A DNA stretch of 64,000 nt from Candidatus Bathyarchaeota archaeon (GTDB lineage: Archaea > Thermoproteota > Bathyarchaeia > Bathyarchaeales > Bathycorpusculaceae): positions 64,001 through 128,000 of the forward strand of contig CAVYRJ010000001.1 in assembly GCA_963770935.1 (NCBI GenBank), read 5' to 3'. The notes under the pieces were generated by a model that was not told the DNA's origin, searched no databases, and saw nothing but the letters and a program-made list of their open reading frames with translations. Both the position numbers and the translations under genes were made by a program. The stretch's first letter is position 1. Each line of letters begins with the position of its first letter. Shown piece after piece: positions 22,864 to 34,404 of the stretch.

Positions 22864-24304
22864 TTATGTGTAAGGATGAAGTTGCTCTCTAAACTTCTTG
22901 TAGTTGGTAAAAAACCACCTTAACACTTTTGTACGCCAAATGCGGTCGTTTAATGCTGTCTAGCCATGCTTTTGCTGTAGAAGGTGTTTTTTCGGAATTG
23001 ACGTAGAATATAGGACCATGAATAAAAGCGATTATAGAAGTCTCTTCGTGCATTTACTTAGTAAAATTAATTGTTAAATTGGGATTTTCAAAGACAGGTA
23101 CTTGCATGTCATAGCGACCCCAATCTGATGAAATCGGCGACCCGAGATCTTCCAATGTGCTTCTAAGAGCAGTTCCAGGATATGGAGTTGCCAAGCATAA
23201 GTAAACATAGTCTGGGTTGGCTCTTTTGATAAAGCTGAAGGTTTGTTTTAGGGTTTCGTCTGTTTCGCCAGGGTATCCGATGACAACAGACATGGCTACT
23301 GAAAGCCCTACTTCTTTTGCCAGTTTAATCGCTTTCTCATTTTGTTCAATTGTGGTTTTTTTGTTAACGGCATCCAAGATTTTCTGGCATCCTGATTCAG
23401 CTCCGAAACTAACAAGTTGGCAGTCTGCATCCCGCATTTTGACCAGAACTTCTTTGGAAATTCTGTCGACTCTCGTTTGGCAATCCCAAGGAATACCTAT
23501 ATGTCTCTTCTTGATTTCTTCACAAATAGTGATTGCTCGCTTTTGATCATAGGTAAATGCATCATCGTAAAAGCTAAAGGTGCCTGCCTTCTGTTCATTT
23601 TTTAACCATTCCAACTCGTCCACAACCTTTATTGGGTCTCTAGCCCTGAATGCTGTTCCAGCCATCCGAGACGATACGCAATATGAGCATTGGAAAGGGC
23701 AGCCTCTACTGGTTAAAACGGGGAGAATTCTTCTTCCGAAAAATTGATACTTGTCTAATGCAAAATAGTGATATGCTGGGTAAGGCAGTTCGTCAAGGTT
23801 TTGAATGAAAGGTCTGTTAGGCGTTCGAATTACCTGTCCATTTTTTCTAAAAGTAATTCCAGAAACATCATCAATATCTTCCGGGGCAGCCAATTTTTGC
23901 AGCAGGTTAAGAAAAGTTTCTTCACCTTCGCCTCTTACAATAATATCGACGTCTGGATGTTCATTTAGTATTTGGCTGTCCATAAATGTCGCATGTGGTC
24001 CACCTAAAACTACAGGTGTTTGGGGACAATTTTCTTTTGCAACTCGAGCTGCTAAAAGAGTTGACTGGATGAAGGGAGTGACAGATGTTATTCCGATTAC
24101 ATCAGGCATAAAAGAAGCTAACTTTGTCCCCAGAGTTTTGTGGTCTATTTCAAGTGCTTGGCAATCAATTAAAGCCAATTGGTAGCCTGCTTTTTCCAGA
24201 ACGGCCGCCAAATAAGCTAAACCAATAGGCAAGTTAGGACACCACATCTTGCCCATATCTAAGGTTGGAGGAATTACCAACGCTACTTTAATTTTTTTGT
24301 TCAT
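22864..24304 (-). CDS. B12-binding radical SAM protein (3' frameshifts near 23060 and 22960)
   Basis: PIGLAYLAA, GGPHAT and SRGCPFQCSYC. The C-terminus continues in other frames (RRDFYNRFYS...MAR) like the paralog at 34405. Confidence 0.9.
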
Positions 24305-24544
24305 GTCCGAAGCCTTAACATGGTCCAATAGCTTCACCGTATATGAATTAAGCTAATATCGTTACTAACTAAAAATTGAACATTATTAATGTTCTCTAAA
24401 TAAACCATTAATCAATGAAATTCCTAGTTTTGCAATTTCAAAATATCATTTTCCCTAAGTTACAAGATAAAATCCAACGAGGCTTTAACTAAGATAAAAA
24501 CAAAAAAAGAAAGTAGAGATTTTTTTAGGTGTTTGTTTAGCTGT

Positions 24545-27253
24545 TTATGGTCGTTTTCGGAGCACTAGGATGATTATTAATCCTATTGCAACGATTGCGA
24601 TGATTATGCCGATTGTTGCTGGTACGAAGTATAGGTCAGCAGTCGATTGTGGAATTGGTGTTGGTGCAGGAGTTGTTGGCTCCTCATTACCTACTGCTAG
24701 GTAAGTGGTTCCGGACGATGGTCCATATGCTGCGGAGCCTGCGAAGGTTGCGATGATTTGGTATGTGCCTGGAACTTCGGGAGTGTATGCGAATCCATAG
24801 TTGCCGTTCATGTCACTTGTTGTTGTACCGATTGAAACTAAGTTGCCGTTTGGATCAATTGCTTCTAAGGTAACTTCGACACCTTTTGCGTTTGCGGGCA
24901 TCGTGTTTCCTTGGAACAAGTGTTCCATGTACGCTTCTTGGTCTGCGTCGGATATTGCTGGTGTGCCTTTGAGTGAGAAGTCTAAGCTGCCTGCGACATT
25001 GTGTCTTCCTGATGGAGATTGGTCGGTGACTGTGCCTTGGATCATTATGCTCGCGCCTAGTGCTGGAATTGCTTGTGGTGCAGAAACTGTGGTTGCGCTT
25101 GGTCCTCTGCCTATGCAGTATATTTGGTTGTCAACGCTGTTTAGGTATACTAAGCGTCCATCTGCGACCTTGATTCCCATGGCCCAAGCGGACATCTTCC
25201 AGAGCATTTCTCCTGTGGTTAGGTCTACACACCATACGTTTGCGTCGCGTCTAATGGGGCTGTTGACTGAGTGTTCGCTAGTGTAGCAGTATGCTTTGCC
25301 GTCAGCGATAGCACCTATGTACATTGTTGTGTGCCAGTATGGAGATTCTCCTAATCCTTCGGATGGAGCTGTCCAATTCCAGAGGACGTCTCCTGTTTGT
25401 GCATCGTAACCGATTAGTACGCCAGAGTAGCCTGAGGCGATGAGTTTGTTGTCATAGTAGACTTCGTTGAGACCATAGTAATTCCATCCGTTTTCTGGTA
25501 CTGCAGTCTTCCAAACTTGTTGTCCAGTTGTTAGGTCGAAGCCCCAGCGGTTGCCTGAGATACGTTCTCTGAAGTAGAACATGTTCTCTTCTGGTACCAC
25601 TTGGCATAATTCAACTGCATCAGTTACTTGGTATCCTATGTATGTAGCGTTGGGGAAATCGGCGACTGACTTCGGTGGTGTGAATGTAGTTGTCCATAGT
25701 GTCTCTCCTACGTGGTCCGTCTTTAAGCTGATAGCTCTTAAGTAGCCTTGCACGACGCCTCTAGCATCGTTTCGTCCAGTTGTTCCAATGATGATATATT
25801 CGTCAGGAATTACTCGTCTGATGGTAGCAGTTTGGTTGACAATAGAGTTCACGTTGACTCCGTTTATCATTGTGTTTTCCATTGTTTTGTTTGCTGAGAA
25901 ACCATTTTGTCCGTTATAGGTGTTGTTTAGGTATGGTCTCCACATCCAGTAAGTATTTGACGTGGATGAAGGCTCTGTCTTAGAACCGTTATAGAGTGTT
26001 TTGTCACCAGCCGTTCCGTATGCTGCTCTCCACCAAATAGCTTCAGTTGTGTTCCAAATTTGCAGTCTATAGTTAGGTGCTGTGGTAGTGCCGAGGTTGA
26101 CCATGTTAACGTAGCATATTCCTCCGTAGCCATCTCGGTATTGTGTACCGCTGGAGGATACGTTGGCTATGCTACAGATGTAGCCATTGGAGTAAGCATC
26201 ATACATGTCCCATTTGCCCGATGTGCCTGTATTAGTAACCCAGAGGTAGGCGAATGTCCCGTGTTGGTTGGGAGTGTCCATGTATAGAATCTGACCAAAA
26301 TTGAATGCATTAATGTCCAAGCTTCCTGAGTCATCAAAGCCGCCGCTTCTGTCGATTGGGAATGATGTGTTCTGGAAGAAAATCTTTTCACCAGTGTATA
26401 AATCAATGGCCCATCGTCCAATGCGTGGAGGTGTCTCTTGCTTAATGTAGACTTTTCCTTCAAGGACTATACTTGGTGTGCCAAAGGTTTCGTATGACTG
26501 CCCGTTATAGTAGCTTTCAGCAGAATTGGCAGCATTCATTCCGTCTGCGATTCCACCTGACCAGTATGAAGTTGTCCACAAAACGTGAGCACTTTCTGGT
26601 CCTTCACTCATGGGGTTGACGTTCGTAGTTGAGCCATTAACCATGGCATAAGATCCTTAGCCATTGTCCTGCCTTAGCTGGTACCAGAGTCTGTTATTTT
26701 GGTATATTGGGCGTGTCGAGTAGTCGTTTGGAAGTGGAGTCTCTTCATATTTGGTTATTGGTTCCTGCTGTACAGTTACGTATGATGCTGGGCTAATAGC
26801 CGCTGCGAAAGTGTCGTTTGTATAGGCATGTGTCGGTTTTATATTACCTGGTGTTGGATAGCCTGTCAGTGTTGTTGCAGGGAAGAATACTTGGAATGTA
26901 TATGTGCCTAGCTGATCATATGTGTATGAGAAGTAAGCTGAGCCGACTGGGTCAGATACTAGGTTAGTTTTAGTTTCGTTAGTTCCATCGGGCTTCACAA
27001 TGTTTACGCTGTAGACAAATCTGTCACCGTATTCACCAGAAGCTGTGGGCATATAATAGTTGCACCAAATGACAAACAAACCTGATTGTCCTAGACCGAT
27101 GACTTCGGGTGAAGGTTCGCCCCAGACGTAGTTAATAAGCTCCCATGGAGGTGTGTGTGCAGTAGTAGATGGCAGAGCCATCATTGTGGTTAGCATTGAT
27201 ATTGCCAGAATCATTGTTATAGCAATAGTAATTTTACTTTTTGCAATTTTCAA
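24545..27253 (-). CDS. Secreted PQQ-like beta-propeller surface protein (KRP paralog 5; local indels at 26655-26680)
   Basis: Two ORFs join; DPVG, TPNQHG, WMWRP and EHS; ends ADLYFVP-TM-RKRP. Confidence 0.85.
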
Positions 27254-27453
27254 ATTTTTCTTATTCTCCTATATTTTGTGACTTATGCAAACGTAAAAAG
27301 CGCTTATTAACGTTTTCCAGATTTGCGCTTGCCTGTTGTAAATATTGGTCGTGTTTTTCTGGCAAAAACACCATAATTTTTTTAAAAAGTTAAAACTACT
27401 TTGATGAAATTGTGGAGATCAGCTCCAAACATAAATGCCAAAAATCTGCAATA

Positions 27454-28819
27454 TCAAAGTAAACCCTTCAAAAAAGTAAGAAGACCATCCCGCCGAATTC
27501 TTCGGAAAATTGTTTTCGGCGATGTGTTAAAACTCCGTTGAAAACGCTGTTGAATCTTAACCACTGATTCGTAATTAAACTGGTCAGTTTTAACGAAAGC
27601 CAAAAAATCTTCCTTTCGATCGTAAAGACCTTTCTTGAGAACTTCTTCGTCAAGACCGCTAGTTGGACAGGCTATATAGACATAGAATGTGCACCAATCT
27701 GGGCCCAACTTTTTTGCGAACTTGTAGGTTGCTTCCATATCAGCTACTGTTTCACCGGGGATTCCGAGCATAAAAGAGCAGGCTATGTTCATACGCGCTT
27801 TTCTGCAGAGCTTGAAGGCAGCCTCGATTTTTTCGGGGGTTGTGTGTGTGTTTAGTTTTTCTAGAATTCGAGGAACACCTGATTGCACCCCAAAAAATAT
27901 TGTTCTGCAACCAGCTTCATACATTTCATTAAGCAATTCTAAAGATAAGAGGTCAACTCTTGTGTCACAAGCCCATTCAATATCGAGTTTTCGCTCTTTC
28001 ATTAGACGACATATTTCAGACGTTCGTTTTTTGTTGATGGTGAAGTTGTCGTCTATGAAGTAGATACCTTTGGAACCAAATTTCTGCTTCATGTATTCGA
28101 GTTCTTCTATGACACGAAGAGGAGAGAAAGCGCGGCATTTGACCCCCAGAGATTCCGAGTTTCGCAGTAGTTGCAGTCATATGGACAGCCTCTCTGTATA
28201 TTCATTACATCAACGGGGTTAGCTTTAAGATAGCCAATTTTTCTATCATAAATTTCCATTGGTAAAAGGTGTCGTGCAGGGAAGGGTATGCTGTCTACGT
28301 CTTCGTTTATTTGTGGAGCGGTTTTAACTATTTTTCCATCTAATTTGCAGGCGACGCCTGGAATTTGGGCGATTATTCGCTTGTCGATGCCTTTTGTAAT
28401 TTGGGTTGCGAGTTCAACCATGGCTTTTTCGCCTTCGCCCATCACAGCGTAATCTATTTCTGGATTTTCAAGTGCTGTTTCAGGCAGGTATGAGGCGTGC
28501 CAACCACCAATTACCACTTTGCATGAAGGGGTCACTTCTTTGGTAATCTTTGCCATTTCCACACAGCGACGATAAGTAACTGAACCACAGGTTATACCCA
28601 CTATTTCTGGTTTGATTCTCTGTATTTCCTGCTTTACAAAATCCAGAGTTGTCCTTAACTGGTAATTATCGAGAATTTGAACTTCAAAACCGGCTTTTTC
28701 AAGAGCCCCACCAACATACGCTAATCCTAAAGGGGGAAGTTTAGCTGGCACACCCCAAGGAGAATTTAACGGTGGAATGGTCGTCATCAACAGAATCAAC
28801 GTAATTTTTCCCCAGACAT
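27454..28819 (-). CDS. B12-binding radical SAM protein (frameshifted near 28130 and near the start)
   Basis: PPLGLAYVGG, GGWHAS and QRGCPYDCNYC; second ORF carries FIDDNF, WACDTRVD and GIPGET. Confidence 0.88.
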
Positions 28820-29073
28820 ATCAATTATTACACATAGCATAACTTCGTTTCATAATAAACTTAACTGTATAAGGCATAAACAACAAAATAATTGAAAAAC
28901 ACCAGAATTCGATTACTTGGTAGGAGGAGAATAAAACGAACCATCTAAACTAGGGTTTGTGAATATTAACGAGCCAATTGCAAACAAAAATCCATTTTAG
29001 CAATCAGCCTGCTAATGGGATATACTTAATTAATTCGCAATTTTAATATAAGAAAAAAAGGTCAGTTGGGTAA

Positions 29074-30516
29074 ATGCCTATTGGAGAGACAAGAAGACTC
29101 AAGATTGCGTTAGTTAGTCCTCCACCGCCATCCGTTTTAGCGTTTGTTGACTACCAAAATCCAACAGTAGGCTTAGCGATTTTGGCAGCAGTAGCAGAGA
29201 AAAACGGGCCGAAGTGACAGTATTCGACTGCCCAGCGCTCCACATGACCTACGACCAACTTAAGCAAGAAATTGGATGTTTCAAGCCTGATATAGTCGGC
29301 ATCACAGCTGTTACTCCAACGTTTTCATCAGCACTAAAAGTTGCGCAAAGCACAAAGCAAGCTTATCCACAGTCGCTGGTTGTGTTAGGAGGTCCCCACG
29401 TAACAATTTCAGATGACCAATTTATTCTACAGCACCCTGAAGTAGATGTTGTTGTTAAAGGTGAAGGCGAACAAACAATAGTTGACCTGGCGCACTACGT
29501 TTTGGGTGAGACGAATTTAGATCAGATTGCAGGAATAACATTTAAGAAAAATGAGCAAATTGTCCACACTCCAAATAGACCCTGCATTGAAAACCTCGAT
29601 GATTTGCCACCTCCAGCATACGACTATTTTCCCTTAAGCAAGTATCGGATTTTCGGCAAGCTGAGGTCTTCGATGGTAACGGGAAGGGGATTAACTCTTG
29701 CCCCACAATGCAGCTTCTGTTTGGTTCCACAAATCGGAGGCAACAGCTACCGAACGAAAACGCCCAAAGGCATCGTCGACGAGATGGAATACTTACGAAA
29801 CCACTACCACCCCCGACTTCATCTCATTCAACGATGAAGCCTTTACTTATGACCAAAAAAGAGCAGCAGCGGTCTGCTCAGAAATTCGCCAGCGAAAAAT
29901 CACAGTTCCATGGGACTGCCAAACACGAGTTGACCTGATTTCAAAAGAACTACTATACAGAATGAGAGCAGTGAATTGTCAGCTAGTTTGTTTCGGCATC
30001 GAATCGGGGAGCCAAAAAATTCTCAACGCCATGAAAAAGGACACCACAGTAGAGCAAAATGCGACCGCAATCAGATGGGCTAAAGAAGCAGGCTTATCCG
30101 TGAATGTTTCCCTGATTATTGGCTACCCCGGCGAGACCAAAGAAACACTTAAAGAGACGATAGATTTTATGAAGAAAACTGAACCTGACGACATTTTCCT
30201 GTTTCTGGCGACGCCTTATCCGAACACTGAATTGCGCGAGACAGTTCTGGATATGGGTTGGAAGATGTCGCAGGATTGGAATGACTTTGAGATGCAGTCG
30301 GCGACTTTTGAAAATATGGCGCTACCTTTTGGCAGAATTAACAATGTCCGGGAAATTTTCTATAATCAACTTTACTCGCCTGCCTATATCTTGCGACAAT
30401 CGCTAAAGCATACGATTTACAGTGGGATTATGGTACAAAATGGGCTGCATCAACTCCTTTGGCGACTTAAGTTGCCGTGGCTTTCTGCGAATTTTAAGAA
30501 GCTTCTACATATGTAG
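29074..30516 (+). CDS. B12-binding radical SAM protein (two frameshifts, cluster motif atypical as read)
   Basis: MPIGETRRLKIALVSPPP, GGPHVT, WDCQTRVD and ATPYPNT; the motif reads GRGLTLAPQCSFC. Confidence 0.8.
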
Positions 30517-30558
30517 AGCCAAAAAAGCGGTAAAAAGCGCCCGATTACTCGGTGGTTT

Positions 30559-32943
30559 TTAGGTTATAGTGGAATCGGTGAGGCAGTAAATGTTCCAGTT
30601 ATTATTCCCCACATACAACTTTCCATCGTAGAGAGAAGCAGCTGACCAACTGTTGGAGCTTGTTTCAAAACGACTAAGCTTATCCCCAGTAGTCGCATCA
30701 AGCACGTATATTGAACGTTGATCAGTAACTACGTAGAGTTTGCCGTCAGCATAAGTTGGGGAAACATACAACTCTTCGTTAAGGAAGGCAAACCATAGAG
30801 GTTGACCGGTTTGTGCGTTAACACAAACGATAGAGTACTTATCGATTAAGAAAACTTGACCGTTCGCGTAAGCAGGAGAACATACGATTAATTCTCTTGC
30901 TGCGTCGTCGCTGAAGGTCCATATCGTTTCGCCAGTGTCGATATTTATGGCGTAGTAGGCACCCATGTTTGAGGATATGATAACCATGCCGTCGGCTACA
31001 ACTGGAGATCCGTGCAAGTCGGTGCCTCCGCCCAAGGTAATGAAATAAGGTACAGTTATCTTCCAAATCAGGACTCCCGACGCAGCGTCTAGTTTGTAAA
31101 GAGCACCTGCATCGGGTTCTTGCGAAGTAACATAAACTGCACCATTAGCAATAGCTGGAGAAGATGTAATGTACCCCAGAGTCTTAAAGGTCCAAACGAC
31201 ATCGCCATTATCGGCATCAAAACAGTACACATTCTTGTCTAATGAACCGACATAAACAAGGCCACCGACCACGGTGGGAGAAGACTTCAAACGGACCAAA
31301 GAGGCAAAGTTAGCTTCAACGTAACCTCCAGCTGATTTTTTCCAAATTAAGCTACCTTCGTTAGCGTTGAGACAATATACGTTTCCATCGTCAGGTCCTA
31401 TGTAGACTTTTCCGTTGGATAATGCAAGAGAAGATTGAATTCTGCTGGAGGTGGGGAACTTCCAGATGTAGCTGCCGTTTTGCGCATCTAGACAGTAGAC
31501 GTTTTTATCTTGTGAACCGAAAAAAACTCTGCCGTTTGCCATGCTAGGTGAGGAGCTTACAGCTCCAGTGGTCGTATAATTCCAGAGTAAAGCCAGGTTT
31601 GTTGGTCCAGACTGGGCAGCCGCTAAGTGAGCGGGGTTTTGTCTGTAGTTTGACCAAGTTTGAGGACCGAAAGCCCACACTTGACCTGCTGTGTCGTATT
31701 CTTCGCCTGATATCGAGTCAACAGCTGTTGTAACACTACCCGGAATCATGTACAGGTTGCCGTAGGCAATGACGACGGATTCTCTTGGAGCGTAAGCCTC
31801 TAGGGGCAACTGCCATATGACCGCCCCCGTGTAAGCATCGAGGCATGAAAACTCAGCCAAGCCTCCCTCGCCGATATATGAAGCTGTTTGCCCAGTGGTA
31901 GCATAGACTTTGCCGTCTGCAACGGTCGGGGTTCCTGGGAACATCAAAGTGCTTGGCCCTTGGTATTTCCACACAACATCTCCGTTGGTTACATTAAGAG
32001 CGTAGAGAAACCCATCTTTATTCATGGAATACACCATGCCGTAGGCTGTTGCAGTCCCCACACAGAAGTAGCCCTCCTGAGTTTGAGGGTTGAAAGTCCA
32101 CAAAGTGTCGCCATTATTTTCGTCAAAACAGTACAAGGTGTTATCATGAGTACCGCCCCTGAAAAACTTGCCTTCATAGTAGGAACCAGAGAATAGCATG
32201 GAGCCTTTTGTTTCTCTATCCCAAAGAACCTTGCCCGTTTTAGCGTCAAGAGCTATTTGATGAGGTTCATATGAACCGGCAAACACCTTGCCATTACCAT
32301 ATTGGATTCCTGACCCGTTAGATCCACCACCAGGAACGAATGTTCTCCACGCGAGTTTGGGCGGATTCGATGGATCGGAGAAGTCCCACGCTTGAACGTA
32401 GGAATCGTCATTTGTGTAAAACATTTTTTCTTCGGGACTGTAAACGTTAGCTGTGAAGAGCGGTCTGGGGGAAGCGGAAAAGATGGGGCTTGTCCACAAT
32501 ATTTTGCCAGTATCTATGTCGAGGCTACTGTTGCCTATGACAAGATGTGTTTCATCAATTTTGTAAACTACTGGCCAAGGTCCAGAGTCTGGAACGGTGG
32601 TGTTCCATAGGATGTCTCCTGTGTCTTTATCCATGGCGATTACCATGGTTTTTGTAGTGACGAAGACTTTGCCATTGAATGCTGATATGTAGCTTTGTAT
32701 GCCCGGTATATTAGTTGTCCATAAGCTGTCAGGTGATTGAGGTGCGGGTCCTGCTGAGAAACGAGTGAAAGAGGAGTCGCCTTGTGGCTGGGGCCACTCA
32801 AACTGGAGCAGAGAATTGTCACTTGTTCCAGAGTTGTTGCCTTCTGAATTATTCATGCGCAAAACGCTTAAAATAATGGAACTAGACAAAATAATAAGCA
32901 AAGCCAAGATTATTACTATATAGAGGTACTTTGAAATTCTCAT
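30559..32943 (-). CDS. N-terminally anchored tandem PQQ-like (BamB-type) beta-propeller protein
   Basis: Signal anchor; many SSP....G.VY.GS.D..VY..DA..G...W repeats; no KRP tail. Confidence 0.85.
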   Translation of the reverse strand: MRISKYLYIVIILALLIILSSSIILSVLRMNNSEGNNSGTSDNSLLQFEWPQPQGDSSFTRFSAGPAPQSPDSLWTTNIPGIQSYISAFNGKVFVTTKTMVIAMDKDTGDILWNTTVPDSGPWPVVYKIDETHLVIGNSSLDIDTGKILWTSPIFSASPRPLFTANVYSPEEKMFYTNDDSYVQAWDFSDPSNPPKLAWRTFVPGGGSNGSGIQYGNGKVFAGSYEPHQIALDAKTGKVLWDRETKGSMLFSGSYYEGKFFRGGTHDNTLYCFDENNGDTLWTFNPQTQEGYFCVGTATAYGMVYSMNKDGFLYALNVTNGDVVWKYQGPSTLMFPGTPTVADGKVYATTGQTASYIGEGGLAEFSCLDAYTGAVIWQLPLEAYAPRESVVIAYGNLYMIPGSVTTAVDSISGEEYDTAGQVWAFGPQTWSNYRQNPAHLAAAQSGPTNLALLWNYTTTGAVSSSPSMANGRVFFGSQDKNVYCLDAQNGSYIWKFPTSSRIQSSLALSNGKVYIGPDDGNVYCLNANEGSLIWKKSAGGYVEANFASLVRLKSSPTVVGGLVYVGSLDKNVYCFDADNGDVVWTFKTLGYITSSPAIANGAVYVTSQEPDAGALYKLDAASGVLIWKITVPYFITLGGGTDLHGSPVVADGMVIISSNMGAYYAINIDTGETIWTFSDDAARELIVCSPAYANGQVFLIDKYSIVCVNAQTGQPLWFAFLNEELYVSPTYADGKLYVVTDQRSIYVLDATTGDKLSRFETSSNSWSAASLYDGKLYVGNNNWNIYCLTDSTIT

Positions 32944-33280
32944 TGTTCCACCTTAAGGATTGGCAAAAGGGTAGAGCCATTAGCCATACTTACCCTCCTC
33001 TTGGCACTAATGCTTATGTTGAACTATAAAACTTTGTGGAAAACAATCAATACTAAAAATTTTCGGCCAAGTAACTATTTTAATGATAGTTTAATGCGTT
33101 AGACCCCTTCTGTGAACTACGTGAAAATGGCAGCCTTAGAAGAAGCAGAGCGTTGACTGCCAGTTATTCTGCAGAAATATTTAAAGGAACGGATTTAGGA
33201 TGCATCGCAAAATCTTTTTTAGTGCGAGAATTATAGGTAAGAGAAAGATGGGAATCAGGTAGCTAAATGGGGGTTTTGGT

Positions 33281-34354
33281 TTGGAGAATAAGGGTCCTTT
33301 GCTTATGACTTCTTGGAGATCAACTGGTGCCTGTAATGCACGCTGTGCATACTGTAATGTTGATGCAACGTGTAAACATGCTGATAGAGAATTAACTACA
33401 AAAGAAGCCTTTGCTTTGGTGGATGAAATCCACAGTTTCGGTGTCAGGTGGTTCGGGATAAAGGGCGGTGAACCCCTGATGCGTAAAGACATTTTTGAAA
33501 TAGTGAAATATGCAAAAAGCTTAGGGCTCAACGTGTGCCTTCTAACTAACGGATGCTTCGTTGACGGAGAAATCTACGATAACCTAGTAAAAAACCAGGT
33601 TTGGACATCGGTGAGCATAGATGGACCAGAAGAAATAAATGATCAACTGCGAGGAAAAGGCTCCTACAAAAAAGCGTTGGCAGCTATTGAAAAATTGTCT
33701 GCTGGCAAAATCCTCAACGGTTTAGCAGCGGCAATCACAACCATAAACTACAAGCATCTAGACCATGTTGCGGAGTTAGCTGACAAATACCATGCCAACT
33801 TTGTTTGGTACAACCATTTGGTTCCAAGCGGAAGAGCAAAAGAAACAATGGATTTAACTCCGACTCCTGAACAGTACGAGTGGGTCCTAAACCACATCTG
33901 GGATTTAACTCAAAAATACGAAGGGAAATTTGAAATTCATGTTCACTGTCCACACTACGCCCGTGTAGTCAAACAAAGAAACCCCAAGAATTTTGATGAG
34001 TGGTACGAACACAAGTTTCATGGAAAATGCACTTACTTCGCCTTCGGCGGCTATCTCAGTGTAACCGAAAACGGTAATTTGATTCCATGCTTTTACACCG
34101 ATCTGCGTCCTTCAGAACCAATGATGCTTGGGAACATAAGAGAAAAATCTCTTAGAAAAGCATGGGAGGAAGTACAGAAATCTGAATACTACAGCAGCTT
34201 TAAGGAACGAAACGTGTTAAAAGGAAAATGTGGAGTTTGCGAATACCGTGAGCTATGTGGAGGCTGCAGAAATAGAGCTTTTGCATACACGGGAGACATA
34301 TATGAATCGGATCCAGCTTGCATTTATATTCCGAAAAGCTTACGTAAAAAATAG
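33281..34354 (+). CDS. Radical SAM/SPASM protein (NirJ/AhbC/AhbD/PqqE-like)
   Basis: CNARCAYC, GGEPL and the SPASM motif CGVCEYRELCGGCR...DPAC. Confidence 0.9.
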   Translation: MENKGPLLMTSWRSTGACNARCAYCNVDATCKHADRELTTKEAFALVDEIHSFGVRWFGIKGGEPLMRKDIFEIVKYAKSLGLNVCLLTNGCFVDGEIYDNLVKNQVWTSVSIDGPEEINDQLRGKGSYKKALAAIEKLSAGKILNGLAAAITTINYKHLDHVAELADKYHANFVWYNHLVPSGRAKETMDLTPTPEQYEWVLNHIWDLTQKYEGKFEIHVHCPHYARVVKQRNPKNFDEWYEHKFHGKCTYFAFGGYLSVTENGNLIPCFYTDLRPSEPMMLGNIREKSLRKAWEEVQKSEYYSSFKERNVLKGKCGVCEYRELCGGCRNRAFAYTGDIYESDPACIYIPKSLRKK

Positions 34355-34404
34355 ATGGGCATCTATCGAGCCCTTTCACTTACATAATCATTAGTTAGGG
34401 CGCA

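Noticed and set aside
26644-26680. In-frame TAA between the two halves of KRP paralog 5 as possible readthrough
   Set aside because: Removing three nearby extra bases restores LAGQWLG, matching LAGNWL in the paralogs.
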